A stretch of 48,319 nucleotides of DNA, taken from a virus. Taxonomy: Duplodnaviria; Caudoviricetes. Of this stretch, positions 23,961 through 34,047 are shown in pieces (positions within the stretch are counted from its first letter, which is position 1; each line of letters starts with the position of its first letter). The notes beneath the pieces are model-generated. The model was not told where the DNA came from and ran no database searches. It saw nothing but the letters and a program-made list of their open reading frames with translations. Location: positions 1-48,319 of IMG/VR virus record IMGVR_UViG_3300020044_010170; one strand, given 5' to 3'. A program made the position numbers and the translations under genes.

Positions 23961-25774
23961 TACGCGGTGGCCCTCCCACGGGCTTCAAGATTACGCATGA
24001 CGGCGTACATGTTCTTGATACCCTGTTTGACGTTTCCATTGCCCAGCCCACGAACAGCATCGGTGGTCATCACAAACTCACCGGGCATGAGCATGGCGCG
24101 AACACTGTCCTTGCCCGCAACGCCTTCGTCCGGAAGGATTCCACCATTTCGACGGGGGAAGATCGCGCCGCCTTGTGCCGCTTGCGTCACATACGGACGG
24201 GCAAACGGACCACCGGGGTTGCTGCTCGGCAGATACCCAATCGGAATCCCGGTGTTGTAGGTGGTCGGGACACTGAAGTCCGTTTCTTCGAGAGCTGCCA
24301 TCGGATCAAGCGGGTTCACCTCATACTCGCCCGTTTCCGGGTTGAGCTGGTATGCGCCCAAATCACTGACCAAGTACGTGCTCGGGTCTTGCTCAATAAG
24401 CGTTTCGCCCGTTACCAGATCCCCCGAGCTGCCGCGATCAAGGATATTTAAGGGTTCTGCTTTAGGTTGTTTGAACGCTCCCGCCGCAGCGGCTACTCCT
24501 GTCCCAAGTGCGGCCAACGGGCCGTACGTCCTAAGCAGTCCGGGTCCCATACTGGCCGCAGTTACGTTTTGGGCAGCTTGCATACCAAGCGCTTTCGCAA
24601 CCTCAGCAGATCCTCCATTAGCGAGGCTCGTTTTGGCGGCGATATCGTAAGCTTGCGTTTGCGCTAACGCTAGTTGTTCGGCGGTAGGCGTGGGAGGGAA
24701 GAATGCCTCCGTATACTCTCCCGCTTTGAGGCTTTCCATAAAGCTGCGCGGCTTATACGGCGTCGTTGGCGACGAAGGCTGCGCGGCTCCCGGCGCGGCG
24801 GCTCCCGGAGCAGCAGCCCCCGGCGCGGCTTCTGCCCCTGCCGTCGCTTGTTTTACCGCTTCCGACGTAGTAACAGGCGGCTTAGGTGGAGCTGAAGACG
24901 CCGGAATATACTCGCTAAAAAATCCCGGCTGACCCGCGTTTGCAGTCCGCGCCGATTCCCCGCCAAAAACGTTTGAAAGCGACGTTCTTGCACCAGACAC
25001 GGTCTGACTGAATCTTGCCGCAGGATCGGCTAGCCCCATACGGACGTTTTCCGTAAAGCTTCCGGACCCCGTAACGCCTTGGAAAACGGCCCCCGCAGCG
25101 CCCGCAACCAACCCCGATTTGAGCGCATCAGAAATACTTCCGCCCGATATCAACGTTCCCAATCCAGAGCCCAGCGCGGCTCCATAAATAGGTCCGAGCT
25201 GCGTCATCGACAAAGCGATGGGAAGGACAATCGGCGCGACCTTCTTGACGACCTTAACCACGCCTTTTATTACGTTGCTGACGCCCTTCGCGACCGATTT
25301 GAAAACCTTTTTTACCCCGCCAAAAACCTTCTTCAAGAAGAATTCCGGGGCTCCTGTAACCGGGTTGATGCTGTTAGCCGACGATCCGACGACATACCGT
25401 TGCGGGTCGTCAATGCCCATCTGGCGAAGACGTTCAAAGAGCCCCTCTTTGAGTTCCGGGTCACTTTCAATCAACGCCAGCGGGATTACGAGTTCGCCGG
25501 TTTGAACGTGAGCGACGACGTTGTCGCCTTCACGTCCCAAAGCCGCCATTTTTTTCGTAAGAGCCGGGAATTGCGCGATGCCTTGATCGCCGTACTCTTC
25601 AGTACCGTCGCTTTCCTCTAGCCCCTCGTCCTCGTCCTCAGATTCAGCTTCGTCTTCCGCTTCGTCTTCAGCTTCCGACCCGTAAACCTGCTCAATCTCA
25701 TCATCATCCATGATGAACTGAGCAATGCCGCCTTCCGGGACCGACAACTCTTCTTTTCTAGCTGCTTGTGCCAT
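23960..25774 (-). CDS. Internal virion / DNA transfer protein with two D-x3-A-x4-GE-x-V modules
   Basis: GREGDNVVAHVQTGELVIP and GKDSVRAMLMPGEFVMT; SINPVTGAPEFFLKK followed by an amphipathic and a hydrophobic helix. Confidence 0.6.
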   Translation of the reverse strand: MAQAARKEELSVPEGGIAQFIMDDDEIEQVYGSEAEDEAEDEAESEDEDEGLEESDGTEEYGDQGIAQFPALTKKMAALGREGDNVVAHVQTGELVIPLALIESDPELKEGLFERLRQMGIDDPQRYVVGSSANSINPVTGAPEFFLKKVFGGVKKVFKSVAKGVSNVIKGVVKVVKKVAPIVLPIALSMTQLGPIYGAALGSGLGTLISGGSISDALKSGLVAGAAGAVFQGVTGSGSFTENVRMGLADPAARFSQTVSGARTSLSNVFGGESARTANAGQPGFFSEYIPASSAPPKPPVTTSEAVKQATAGAEAAPGAAAPGAAAPGAAQPSSPTTPYKPRSFMESLKAGEYTEAFFPPTPTAEQLALAQTQAYDIAAKTSLANGGSAEVAKALGMQAAQNVTAASMGPGLLRTYGPLAALGTGVAAAAGAFKQPKAEPLNILDRGSSGDLVTGETLIEQDPSTYLVSDLGAYQLNPETGEYEVNPLDPMAALEETDFSVPTTYNTGIPIGYLPSSNPGGPFARPYVTQAAQGGAIFPRRNGGILPDEGVAGKDSVRAMLMPGEFVMTTDAVRGLGNGNVKQGIKNMYAVMRNLEARGRATA

Positions 25775-25989
25775 TATCCCGCTCCACCCGTGATACCTTG
25801 CGGCGTGGTTACCATCACGATTGTACTTCTTGTTTCATTACCCGTCCACGGAGAACCACAGCGCGGACAAAGGCTTTCCGGAGAAGCCGAACTGATAATC
25901 TCAAGATGATCAACTGCGGCATTACAAGAAGAACAGCGCACATACGTGCGCCCGTTATCTCGAAAAACGCCTGTTTTTATTTGACTCAT
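25774..25989 (-). CDS. Zn-ribbon small protein (71 aa)
   Basis: CSSC...CPRC; ATGA-coupled start at 25989. Confidence 0.6.
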   Translation of the reverse strand: MSQIKTGVFRDNGRTYVRCSSCNAAVDHLEIISSASPESLCPRCGSPWTGNETRSTIVMVTTPQGITGGAG

Positions 25990-26279
25990 GTCGTCACCGT
26001 CACTGTGCCAACCGCACCACTGGCAGAAACGCCACGAGGATAAGGACGATTGGGAATTGAGATTCGTAGCGCCCCGCTTACTTGGAATACCCCGTTTGGG
26101 GCTAACCCGTAATCGTCGCTTTGCAGATTGGTCAACGTAAGACTGGTCGCGAGCCACGGGCCGGGGTTGTTGACCTGCTGCAAGAAAATCGAGAACGCCC
26201 GAACAAGCTCTGCTTGATACTGTGCGTTGTATTCCGAGGGGGCGTTCGGGAATAGAGGTACCGCAAGACCTCTACTCAT
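25986..26279 (-). CDS. Conserved tail-region protein
   Basis: ATGA coupling; P.AP.EY...Y..ELVR; C-terminal GVSASGAVGTVTVTT beta motif. Confidence 0.65.
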   Translation of the reverse strand: MSRGLAVPLFPNAPSEYNAQYQAELVRAFSIFLQQVNNPGPWLATSLTLTNLQSDDYGLAPNGVFQVSGALRISIPNRPYPRGVSASGAVGTVTVTT

Positions 26280-28201
26280 CTCCGACCATCCTGCCGGACC
26301 TCTACCCGTGGCGAACCCAAGCGCCAGCCTACGCCAAGATCATCCGATGCAATCTTGAACGCGAAAGAGCGCCCTCGGAGCCGGATGTGTACTTGGTCGG
26401 TAAACTGTTCGACGGGAATGGTCGCCGACCGCGTGACAGCACTCACCTTCGATTCGCTGTAATTTACGCCGGGGAAATTCCTAACCTCCAGCGTCATGTC
26501 CACAGAAGGCGACGCGGTCGTGGAGTTCTCAAACGTGATGTCCGGAATGAGACGACTCAGGAGCACAAACTGATCCCCGTTCCCGAGCGACAAATCGCTG
26601 CTTTCCACATACGAATTGATCGACGCCGGAGGACTGACGCTGCCATCGTCAAACCCAAACTCTTGGTAATACAGGTATCCGTCAAGTGCCGCGGCGATAG
26701 GATAGGAGTTGATGCCCCGATCAATCCACGCCGCTCTTGGAAGCGTGCCGTAATACCACGCTTGTTCCTGATAGTTGTAAACAACGTAGCGGTCGTTATC
26801 CGAAGACGTTGACGAGGGATAAAACCACCACACTTCCGCATTGGCGGCATTCAGACCAGCCGTCACCTTCTCGCGCTGGGTAAGGTTAAAATCGTCAAAG
26901 ACGTAGCTTCGGACAGAACACGGGAGCTTTTGTACCTGACCGGTATAGATGTAGAAGTCCGTTGCGCCCATCCAGAACACCATGTCGTCTACGGCGATAG
27001 CCGCAAGCGGACCAATGATCGTGATGTTCTGCGAAAGGATTTGGATGCCAAACGTGAACGGCGGTCCTAGATACTGCATGCCGTACAGAGACACGTCGGT
27101 AAACACAAGGATCTGCTGCCTTGTCTCTACCGCGGTGACAATCTCAGAACCCGTACCAAGCCTCAACTCACCCGCCGAATTGGTCGGCAACGATTGCCAA
27201 ACCAGCGGGTTCTCTTGATCGGAGAAACGAATCAGCAGCGGATCCTGAACCCCAATGTTTGTCTGCGAATCACAACCAAAAACGATAACGTGCCTGTCGC
27301 GGTCTGAAGTCAGAATCTGTTTGGCAATCGTCGGCGTCGTAGGATCGGCACCCGGCAGCGCAGAAAACGCTACCGCACGGCTTAAAGGAGTCGCACTCGC
27401 CGACTTGTCCCAATAGAAAATCCCACCGTCGCGGATGTTGATCAACAAGTCTTCCCCGAAGTTGTCGTGCGTCCAAATCCGTAGTTTGGCACCCACCGCA
27501 ATCAAAGAAGAACTCGATCCCCACGTGCCACGGGACCAATAACCGGATCCCCAACCCGTGCCCGCAACGGTCGTATCGAGACCCACGCCCACTTGATAAG
27601 CGCCTACTACGGAGGCCCCACCATTACCGGTATCCGAGCTGTTAGCTACGACGGGTGTCGGCGTATACACGCCGTTTATCGTTATGTCGTTCAACGGAGC
27701 AACCGCGCGCGCCACAACCTGATAGGTGTTAGCAGACAGCACCGCGCTGATCTGATATTCCTGATTCAGTACGGCTGCGGTAATCGTGCCACCCAAGCTG
27801 ACTGCGCCAGAAAACGTAACGAAGTCATTGGTCTCGCACCCGTGCGCGTTGTCCGTCACCGTGAGCACAGAAGAGCCGTTGGTCGCGGAAAAGGTGACGG
27901 CACCCGCAGGTGTCGTCGCACGAATCGGGGTGATGTCGTTATACCCGCCGCCTTCGTTGATGTAATACTTCAGGTGGGTGCCCAGCCCCACATAGCTTGT
28001 GCCGTCTAACGCCACAAACGCATGAAGGGCTCGGCACGTCCCTAAAAAGCTCTGCCCAGAGAACTTCTCCCAGCCGCCAATCTTTTCCGGTGTCCCAAAA
28101 CGGAACCGGATCTTGTCGCAATCAAACCACCCACCTTCGTTAGTGTACGACGTGGTTTCTCGGTTTACCCCGGGCCTGAATTGCAACTTTTGTAGCGGCA
28201 T
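26276..28201 (-). CDS. Tail nozzle / DNA stabilisation protein (P22 gp10 / tubular protein B-like)
   Basis: MPLQKLQFRPGVNRE.T.Y..EGGW.DCDK.RFR.G.PEKIGGW; propeller-like W/D motifs (IRFSDQE, FWMG, VWWFYP); precedes the ejection genes. Confidence 0.65.
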   Translation of the reverse strand: MPLQKLQFRPGVNRETTSYTNEGGWFDCDKIRFRFGTPEKIGGWEKFSGQSFLGTCRALHAFVALDGTSYVGLGTHLKYYINEGGGYNDITPIRATTPAGAVTFSATNGSSVLTVTDNAHGCETNDFVTFSGAVSLGGTITAAVLNQEYQISAVLSANTYQVVARAVAPLNDITINGVYTPTPVVANSSDTGNGGASVVGAYQVGVGLDTTVAGTGWGSGYWSRGTWGSSSSLIAVGAKLRIWTHDNFGEDLLINIRDGGIFYWDKSASATPLSRAVAFSALPGADPTTPTIAKQILTSDRDRHVIVFGCDSQTNIGVQDPLLIRFSDQENPLVWQSLPTNSAGELRLGTGSEIVTAVETRQQILVFTDVSLYGMQYLGPPFTFGIQILSQNITIIGPLAAIAVDDMVFWMGATDFYIYTGQVQKLPCSVRSYVFDDFNLTQREKVTAGLNAANAEVWWFYPSSTSSDNDRYVVYNYQEQAWYYGTLPRAAWIDRGINSYPIAAALDGYLYYQEFGFDDGSVSPPASINSYVESSDLSLGNGDQFVLLSRLIPDITFENSTTASPSVDMTLEVRNFPGVNYSESKVSAVTRSATIPVEQFTDQVHIRLRGRSFAFKIASDDLGVGWRLGSPRVEVRQDGRR

Positions 28202-28205
28202 AGCG

Positions 28206-28448
28206 TCAGTTCACTACCTGTGCAGAATCCCCAGCATCATCCTTCGGAGCAGCCAGCGCCGCAACAAGCATGTTTACGAACGCTTCACGGCCCACGGACA
28301 ACTGGTCCACGTTGAACCGGGCGCTCTCCAGCTTACGATCAAGATCGCTGATATGGTTGACCATGAGCTGCTGCTCTTTCGTCATGTCTTCAAAAAAGAA
28401 CTCTTTTTCGTTGACAATGATCGGGGTCTTTTCATTTTTTCCCATCAT
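28206..28448 (-). CDS. Small coiled-coil protein
   Basis: MT.EQ..MVNHI.DLDRKL.SARFNVDQL; RBS present. Confidence 0.65.
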   Translation of the reverse strand: MMGKNEKTPIIVNEKEFFFEDMTKEQQLMVNHISDLDRKLESARFNVDQLSVGREAFVNMLVAALAAPKDDAGDSAQVVN

Positions 28449-28466
28449 TAGTCTTCCTTTGTGTCG

Positions 28467-28655
28467 TCACTTTTCAGAAAGAGGCTGCGTCGTGACAATC
28501 CGCAACACGGCTACCCCTACCGAGATGAACAGCATCAGAGCCCCCGTTTTTTCAGGGCCAACAAGCTGCGTCACCACGTGTTGGGATTCTTCAAGAACGC
28601 CTGCCACGGCAATGAACGTGGCAAACCACATAGTCTTTGATTTTAAGTAGTTCAT
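28467..28655 (-). CDS. Putative holin
   Basis: 62 aa, two hydrophobic helices, KSKT.WF N-terminal motif, LR..TTQPL.EK end. Confidence 0.6.
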   Translation of the reverse strand: MNYLKSKTMWFATFIAVAGVLEESQHVVTQLVGPEKTGALMLFISVGVAVLRIVTTQPLSEK

Positions 28656-28657
28656 GA

Positions 28658-28972
28658 TCACCACGGCAATGGAGGGGTTTGAACGGTGGGCGTAATCAAC
28701 TCTTGAAGTTGTGCCTGTACTTGATTTTCGGTGTCTTGCTTATGGACACCATTGTCCCAAATCCACCGAAGAACCTCATCTTTGGTCAAATCTGGGTATG
28801 GCGTAAAAGCCTCTGTTGCGGGAGGAACCGCACACGTTCCATAAATCTTAGAAGTAAATCCTAATTCTTCTCCCACACAAGACCAATGTACGTTAAAAAC
28901 TACGTCATCTCGACCGTCTTTATGGGTGTAAACATCCAAGGCCGGAATATCCCACGTGTATGTCGTAGCCAT
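28658..28972 (-). CDS. Conserved tail-fibre-associated protein (chaperone-like)
   Basis: TYTW.I..LD......DVVFNVHW...FTPY.DLT..EVL.W...PLPW; follows the fibre genes. Confidence 0.6.
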   Translation of the reverse strand: MATTYTWDIPALDVYTHKDGRDDVVFNVHWSCVGEELGFTSKIYGTCAVPPATEAFTPYPDLTKDEVLRWIWDNGVHKQDTENQVQAQLQELITPTVQTPPLPW

Positions 28973-28988
28973 AGCCTTCCTCTAAAAA

Positions 28989-29651
28989 TTAATAAAACCT
29001 AAACCGTATTCTTCCGACAGCCCCATTTCCCCCTTGAACAAGAAATTGTTGGGTAGCATCCCCAGATCTTCCGCCCGTTCCACCGGGGGAAAATACCCCA
29101 GCGCCAGAGCCCACACCGGCATCTCCGGATATGGCCGCGCCTCCGGAGACGAACGTAACTCCTGCCGCATAAGCCACGCCCGTAGAGCCCGAATTCCCAG
29201 AAATGTTTGAAACGTTTCCACCAGAGGCCGTACCTCCGGCACCTCCCGCCGCCGTCGTACTTCCAGACGCGCCCCCGAGCCCGCCCGTTGCGGTTAATTG
29301 CGTCATGCTAAACGTCCCGGTGGCTCCTACAGTAGACGTTCCCCCATTAGCCCCCGCGGCCCCAGTGGTTTGCCCCGCAACCGCACTGCCACTACACACA
29401 TAGCCTATAGTTTGACCCGCATTTGAAGAAGAAAGAAGTATTTCAGTTTTAACGTAGCCTCCACTACCGCCCCCGCCTCCCGTATACGTTTGATACGAGC
29501 TAGCACCACCACCACCACCCCCTCCCCAAACTTCTACAATCATGAATGACGGCTCGTTCGGGATAGTTACAGTTCCGGATGCGGGGCCGGTTATACTGTT
29601 TTGCTGTATGACAAACCACGGTACCAATCCGGGCCTTGAGAAGATACTCAT
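28989..29651 (-). CDS. Glycine-rich domain protein (fibre-tip associated)
   Basis: ATGA-coupled start 29651; VEVWGGGGGGG...GGGGGSGGY glycine-rich pattern. Confidence 0.7.
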   Translation of the reverse strand: MSIFSRPGLVPWFVIQQNSITGPASGTVTIPNEPSFMIVEVWGGGGGGGASSYQTYTGGGGGSGGYVKTEILLSSSNAGQTIGYVCSGSAVAGQTTGAAGANGGTSTVGATGTFSMTQLTATGGLGGASGSTTAAGGAGGTASGGNVSNISGNSGSTGVAYAAGVTFVSGGAAISGDAGVGSGAGVFSPGGTGGRSGDATQQFLVQGGNGAVGRIRFRFY

Positions 29652-32600
29652 GATACGAAGTTCTTCAGAATGGTCGCATACCACGTCGTGCCGATGTAAG
29701 TCGCTACTACCACATCGACCGCGGAGCTGGTTTGAGTTAACTGGGCGGCGGAGGATCCCGGAGACGGCCATCTAAAACTAGTAGGCCACGTCATCGTTCC
29801 TACTGACCCCTGCGTTATTATCAAATTAATGGTCTGACCCGCTGTTGGGTTGGAAAAAGTAGGCGCTACTGTTACGTTGCCAAGCATCGTTAATGTAAAC
29901 ACATTAGAAAGCGCACAGTTAATTGTCATGGCAGTAGCACTAAACGTTACGGCTACGGACGGAGTATGCGCTCCACCCGCAACAGTAAGTTTGCTACTTG
30001 GCGTGGTCGTTCCAATACCAACGTCCCCCGCAGCCGTCACCCTCATGCGCTCTGCGTTATTAGTAGCAATGCGCAAAGATACGTTTTCAAAAGACCAAAC
30101 TATCGAAAGATTGCTGGTGTCGTATCCGAAAAGAAAACCGTTATTTGCGCCCGTGCCCGAAGTCGGATTTTGTACCGCAATTCCGTCTAACGTGCTGTTG
30201 GCGGTGTAAGCGGTGACTTTGTAGGGAGTATTTGAACTTCCTACCCCTAAGTTTCCACTAGTCCCCCCAAGCCGCATAATCTCTGTAAATGTCGCCGCGG
30301 TTCCGGCGGTTCCAGAAGGGGCGGTAAGCCACTGAAAGGTATTTCCGCTGATTGATGAAACTGCCGCGGTGCTGCTTGTTTTATAAATATAGTTAAGACT
30401 GGAGTCGTAGTAAGTATTGTGTCCTAAAAACGCGGCGGTACCAGTTGAGTTAGAGCCGAAAAAGGCTCCGGGCATTTCGGCAACTCTGAAAGAAGCCCAT
30501 GCACTGGGGGCTCCCCCAATCCCAAGATTTGTTCCGTCAAAAGCCAACTGCGTACCGGTAGTCGCCTGCTTACTACCGTTCAAATAAACCACGCTGTTGG
30601 CCGTTCCGCCGTTCAGGGTAACCGTAGACGAGGTGGTCAGCGTCGTCGCAGAAACCGCCGCCGCCGTCGTTCCACCAATCGCGGTTCCATCGATAGTGCC
30701 TCCGGTAATCGCCACCGAGTTTGCAGCCTGTGTGGCAATCGTTCCAAGACCTAACGCCGTGCGAGCATTTGCCGCCGTCGTAGAACCCGTTCCACCATTC
30801 GCAATAGCGACCGTACCCGTGACGTTGGACGCGGTACCACTAACCGATCCTGTGATCGTGCTGCTGAACGTCTTCGTTCCGGCAATCGTTTGATCGCCGG
30901 TCGTGTAAACACCGTTTGTAACCGTCGCTGCATTCCCGGAAATGGAAATGCCCCACGTTCCAGACGCATCTCCTCCCGCTCGGGTGGGGACATCCAACGC
31001 TGTTCGGGCATCGGCTGCCGTCGTAGAACCGGTGCCGCCATTGGCAACCGCTAGCGTTCCAGCCAGTGTAAACGTCCCGGTGGTCGTTATCGGATTGGTT
31101 CCAGAGACAGACAATCCCGTAGTACCGGTCGAAAATCCGACACTGGTGACCGTCCCACTTCCACCGCCGCCCCCGGTAGCGGCAATGGTGATCGCACCGT
31201 TGGCGTTCGTAATCGTGACGTTTGTCCCAGCGGTCAAGGTAGCCTTCGTCAAACCACCCGTTAGCGTGTTTCCAATAAGCAACTGGCCATCGGTATACGA
31301 GGTTTGCCCGGTCCCACCATTGGCCACCGCCACCGTTCCGGTGACGTTGGATGCCGTACCACTGACGGATCCGGAAATGGTGCTGCTGAACGTCTTCGTT
31401 CCGCCAATCGTTTGGTTACCCGTCGTGTAAACGCCGTTGGTCACCGTTCCGGCGTTGCCGTCTATAGACCCGGAGATCGTGCTGCTGAACGTTTTGATGC
31501 CCGCAATCGTTTGATTGCCTGTCGTATAAACACCGTTTGTGACGGTTGCGGCATTACCACTAATCGACCCGGAGATCGTGCTGCTGAACGTCTTCGTTCC
31601 AGCAATCGTTTGATCGCCGGTCGTGTAAACGCCGTTGGTTACCGTCGCGGCATTACCGCTAATTGATCCAGAAATGGTGCTGCTAAAGGTTTTGGTTCCG
31701 GCAATGGTCTGATCACCGGTTAGATAAACCCCGTTCGTTACCGTTGCTGAATTCCCGGAAATGGAAATACCCCACGTCCCAGACGCGTCTCCGCCCGTTC
31801 GAGTGGGAACATCCAGCGCTGTTCTTGCGGCAGCCGCCGTTGTGGCTCCCGTTCCGCCGTTGGCGATTGCCACGGTACCCGTAACGTTAGAGGCTGTTCC
31901 CGATACGTTTCCTGTCACGTCGCCCGTGACATTCCCCGTAACCGCGCCAGATACGCCGCCTGTAGCAGTGATCAAACCTGTAACAGTAAGAGTTCCCGGA
32001 ATAGAAACAACGCCCGTCGCATTAATCGCCAACCGAGAAGAACCCGCAGTAGACAACGCCATGTTGTCCGCCGCAGGGAAGAAAAGACCCGTATTGGAGT
32101 CACCGCTTGTCGTCAACGACGGACTGGCCGCCGTCCCGGCATTGATGGTCACGGCTCCCGCGACCTGCAATAGGGAAGTTGGGCTGGTCGTTCCAATACC
32201 CACGTTACCGTCTATGTCGATACGGAGACGTTCGGTTCCCGTAGCAAGCGTTCCCGCGGCTCCCGTGTAAAAAGACAGCCGGGTGGCGGGTTCTGCAACA
32301 ACGGTGCCCCCACCAACGGCAACAATGTTGTTTGCGGCGGTGTCGCTGTATCCATAAAGGGCCGTTAACGGATTGGCGTTGAACGTGCCAAACAACAGTC
32401 GAGCAGACGTGATGGTGGCCGCGGATTTGTTATCTCGGAGATAAAAATTCGCTCCATTCATGACCTCCATCGATCCCGCCGGAGAAGTTGTTCCAATCCC
32501 CACTCGACCGGTGCTGTCGATACGAGCGCGCTCCGAACCGTTAGCGAATAAGCTTAACGCATTGTTGGAGTGGTCATACACTATTCGACCGATAGAGGCG

Positions 32601-34036
32601 GAATCAGAATCCCCCAAATTCAGCGTAGCAGTGCTCGTGTTCCCACTTATGATGGAAATTGAAGCAGAACTGGCTTGAATTGAATTTCTTTGAAACCGCG
32701 CTAGCTCTCCTGTCCCTAAAGCAGGATCCCCAATTGCGGTAGTATCCTGTCTTACGTGAAGTACGGTAGACGGGGTGGTTACTCCCACCCCTACCCAACC
32801 GGCATTGGTAACGCGCATGCGCTCAAGGCCTGCCGTAGCAAACATCAATCCGTAATAGCCTGAAACGCCTAACCCGGCTCCGGTAAAACCAGTATATGTC
32901 CCCATCCCAATGCCATAATCGGGAGTAGACGCTCCGGAAATAGTAGAGGTCGCCGTGGAGAGGCTGTAACCAATTCGATAACTGGCGGCTACAAAACTAA
33001 CGTTCCCAGAAGAGTCTAAAGTAGCGCGTTCTGTGTTATTAGTAACAAACGCAATAGAGCCGTCAGTAGAACCCGATCCTCGATAAAATCGAAATGCAGC
33101 CGCATCGACAATCGTAGTTCCGTTGTCATAACGCAAGCCAAATTTAGCTTGCAGAGTTCCAGTAGCCGTACCGCTGTCCCCGTTTAGCGCTTCCAGTCGA
33201 AAATTGGCATCGGAAGGGCCTGTTGTAAAGATAGCTTGTTTGGTTCCTGCGGCAGCCCCACCGATGTGCAATTTTGCCGTGGGGGTCGTTGTTGCTATCC
33301 CTAAATTACCGCTACTGTCTATCCGCATAGCTTCGACCCCGCCTTCCGAAAAGGCGATGGTATCGGCGGCTGGGAAGAACAATCCGGTGTTGGTATCTCC
33401 GGTCGGCGCTATGGAGGGGCTTGCTGCACTCCCTGCACTAACGTTAAACGTGTTGGATATGGACAACGTAGTAAACGCGCCCGTAGAGGCTGACGATGCC
33501 CCAATTGACGTTCCATCAATCGTTCCGCCGTTGATGTCCGCGGTCGTCACCGTCAGCGTAGGCGTCATCAATTCCGTAACACGGAGCTTTTTGAACACGT
33601 CCGTTACGGTAGATCCGGTACCCACTCCGTCAAACCGCAAGACAACATCGAATCCCGCAGGGATCTCAAAGTCGTTGCTGGCGTTATAGGTGCCTTGGAA
33701 AACAAATACAGAACGGCTTCCGGGCAAGCTGTTTCGGAAAAAAACAATCTTTTCCGCATCGTTGGGGTCTAGCCGAACAAATACGTTTGCGCCCAAATCG
33801 CTCGCAGAGGTGAACTCAATCCACTTGTTTCGACCATCAGAAACCGCCCCGTTGTCGATAGCCAGAATGTTTGGCGATCCCGAGGTTCCAGCAGACGTAA
33901 GCGTTAACGACAACGAACCGTTAATCGCTTGATCGAGAATGTCAAAGTTGGTATTTGTCGTGGTACCCCAAGTACCCGATTGCTCGCCAGTCGCCGGTTT
34001 TTCAATTCCAAGGTTTACTGTATAAGTGCTTGGCAT
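29648..34036 (-). CDS. Long tail fibre protein (1462 aa)
   Basis: N-terminal attachment domain (LGIEKPATGEQSGTWG.TTN.N); ERMRI..GNVGIGTT.P repeats; VA.GGTGATTAA.AR..L shaft repeats. Confidence 0.85.
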   Translation of the reverse strand: MPSTYTVNLGIEKPATGEQSGTWGTTTNTNFDILDQAINGSLSLTLTSAGTSGSPNILAIDNGAVSDGRNKWIEFTSASDLGANVFVRLDPNDAEKIVFFRNSLPGSRSVFVFQGTYNASNDFEIPAGFDVVLRFDGVGTGSTVTDVFKKLRVTELMTPTLTVTTADINGGTIDGTSIGASSASTGAFTTLSISNTFNVSAGSAASPSIAPTGDTNTGLFFPAADTIAFSEGGVEAMRIDSSGNLGIATTTPTAKLHIGGAAAGTKQAIFTTGPSDANFRLEALNGDSGTATGTLQAKFGLRYDNGTTIVDAAAFRFYRGSGSTDGSIAFVTNNTERATLDSSGNVSFVAASYRIGYSLSTATSTISGASTPDYGIGMGTYTGFTGAGLGVSGYYGLMFATAGLERMRVTNAGWVGVGVTTPSTVLHVRQDTTAIGDPALGTGELARFQRNSIQASSASISIISGNTSTATLNLGDSDSASIGRIVYDHSNNALSLFANGSERARIDSTGRVGIGTTSPAGSMEVMNGANFYLRDNKSAATITSARLLFGTFNANPLTALYGYSDTAANNIVAVGGGTVVAEPATRLSFYTGAAGTLATGTERLRIDIDGNVGIGTTSPTSLLQVAGAVTINAGTAASPSLTTSGDSNTGLFFPAADNMALSTAGSSRLAINATGVVSIPGTLTVTGLITATGGVSGAVTGNVTGDVTGNVSGTASNVTGTVAIANGGTGATTAAAARTALDVPTRTGGDASGTWGISISGNSATVTNGVYLTGDQTIAGTKTFSSTISGSISGNAATVTNGVYTTGDQTIAGTKTFSSTISGSISGNAATVTNGVYTTGNQTIAGIKTFSSTISGSIDGNAGTVTNGVYTTGNQTIGGTKTFSSTISGSVSGTASNVTGTVAVANGGTGQTSYTDGQLLIGNTLTGGLTKATLTAGTNVTITNANGAITIAATGGGGGSGTVTSVGFSTGTTGLSVSGTNPITTTGTFTLAGTLAVANGGTGSTTAADARTALDVPTRAGGDASGTWGISISGNAATVTNGVYTTGDQTIAGTKTFSSTITGSVSGTASNVTGTVAIANGGTGSTTAANARTALGLGTIATQAANSVAITGGTIDGTAIGGTTAAAVSATTLTTSSTVTLNGGTANSVVYLNGSKQATTGTQLAFDGTNLGIGGAPSAWASFRVAEMPGAFFGSNSTGTAAFLGHNTYYDSSLNYIYKTSSTAAVSSISGNTFQWLTAPSGTAGTAATFTEIMRLGGTSGNLGVGSSNTPYKVTAYTANSTLDGIAVQNPTSGTGANNGFLFGYDTSNLSIVWSFENVSLRIATNNAERMRVTAAGDVGIGTTTPSSKLTVAGGAHTPSVAVTFSATAMTINCALSNVFTLTMLGNVTVAPTFSNPTAGQTINLIITQGSVGTMTWPTSFRWPSPGSSAAQLTQTSSAVDVVVATYIGTTWYATILKNFVS
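31360..31765 (-). repeat. Four tandem 99-bp (33-aa) fibre-shaft repeats; a fifth copy near 30850-30945
   Basis: ISGNAATVTNGVYTTGDQTIAGTKTFSSTISGS repeated; DNA anchors at 31427, 31526, 31625, 31724. Confidence 0.85.
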
Positions 34037-34047
34037 GTTCTACATTC

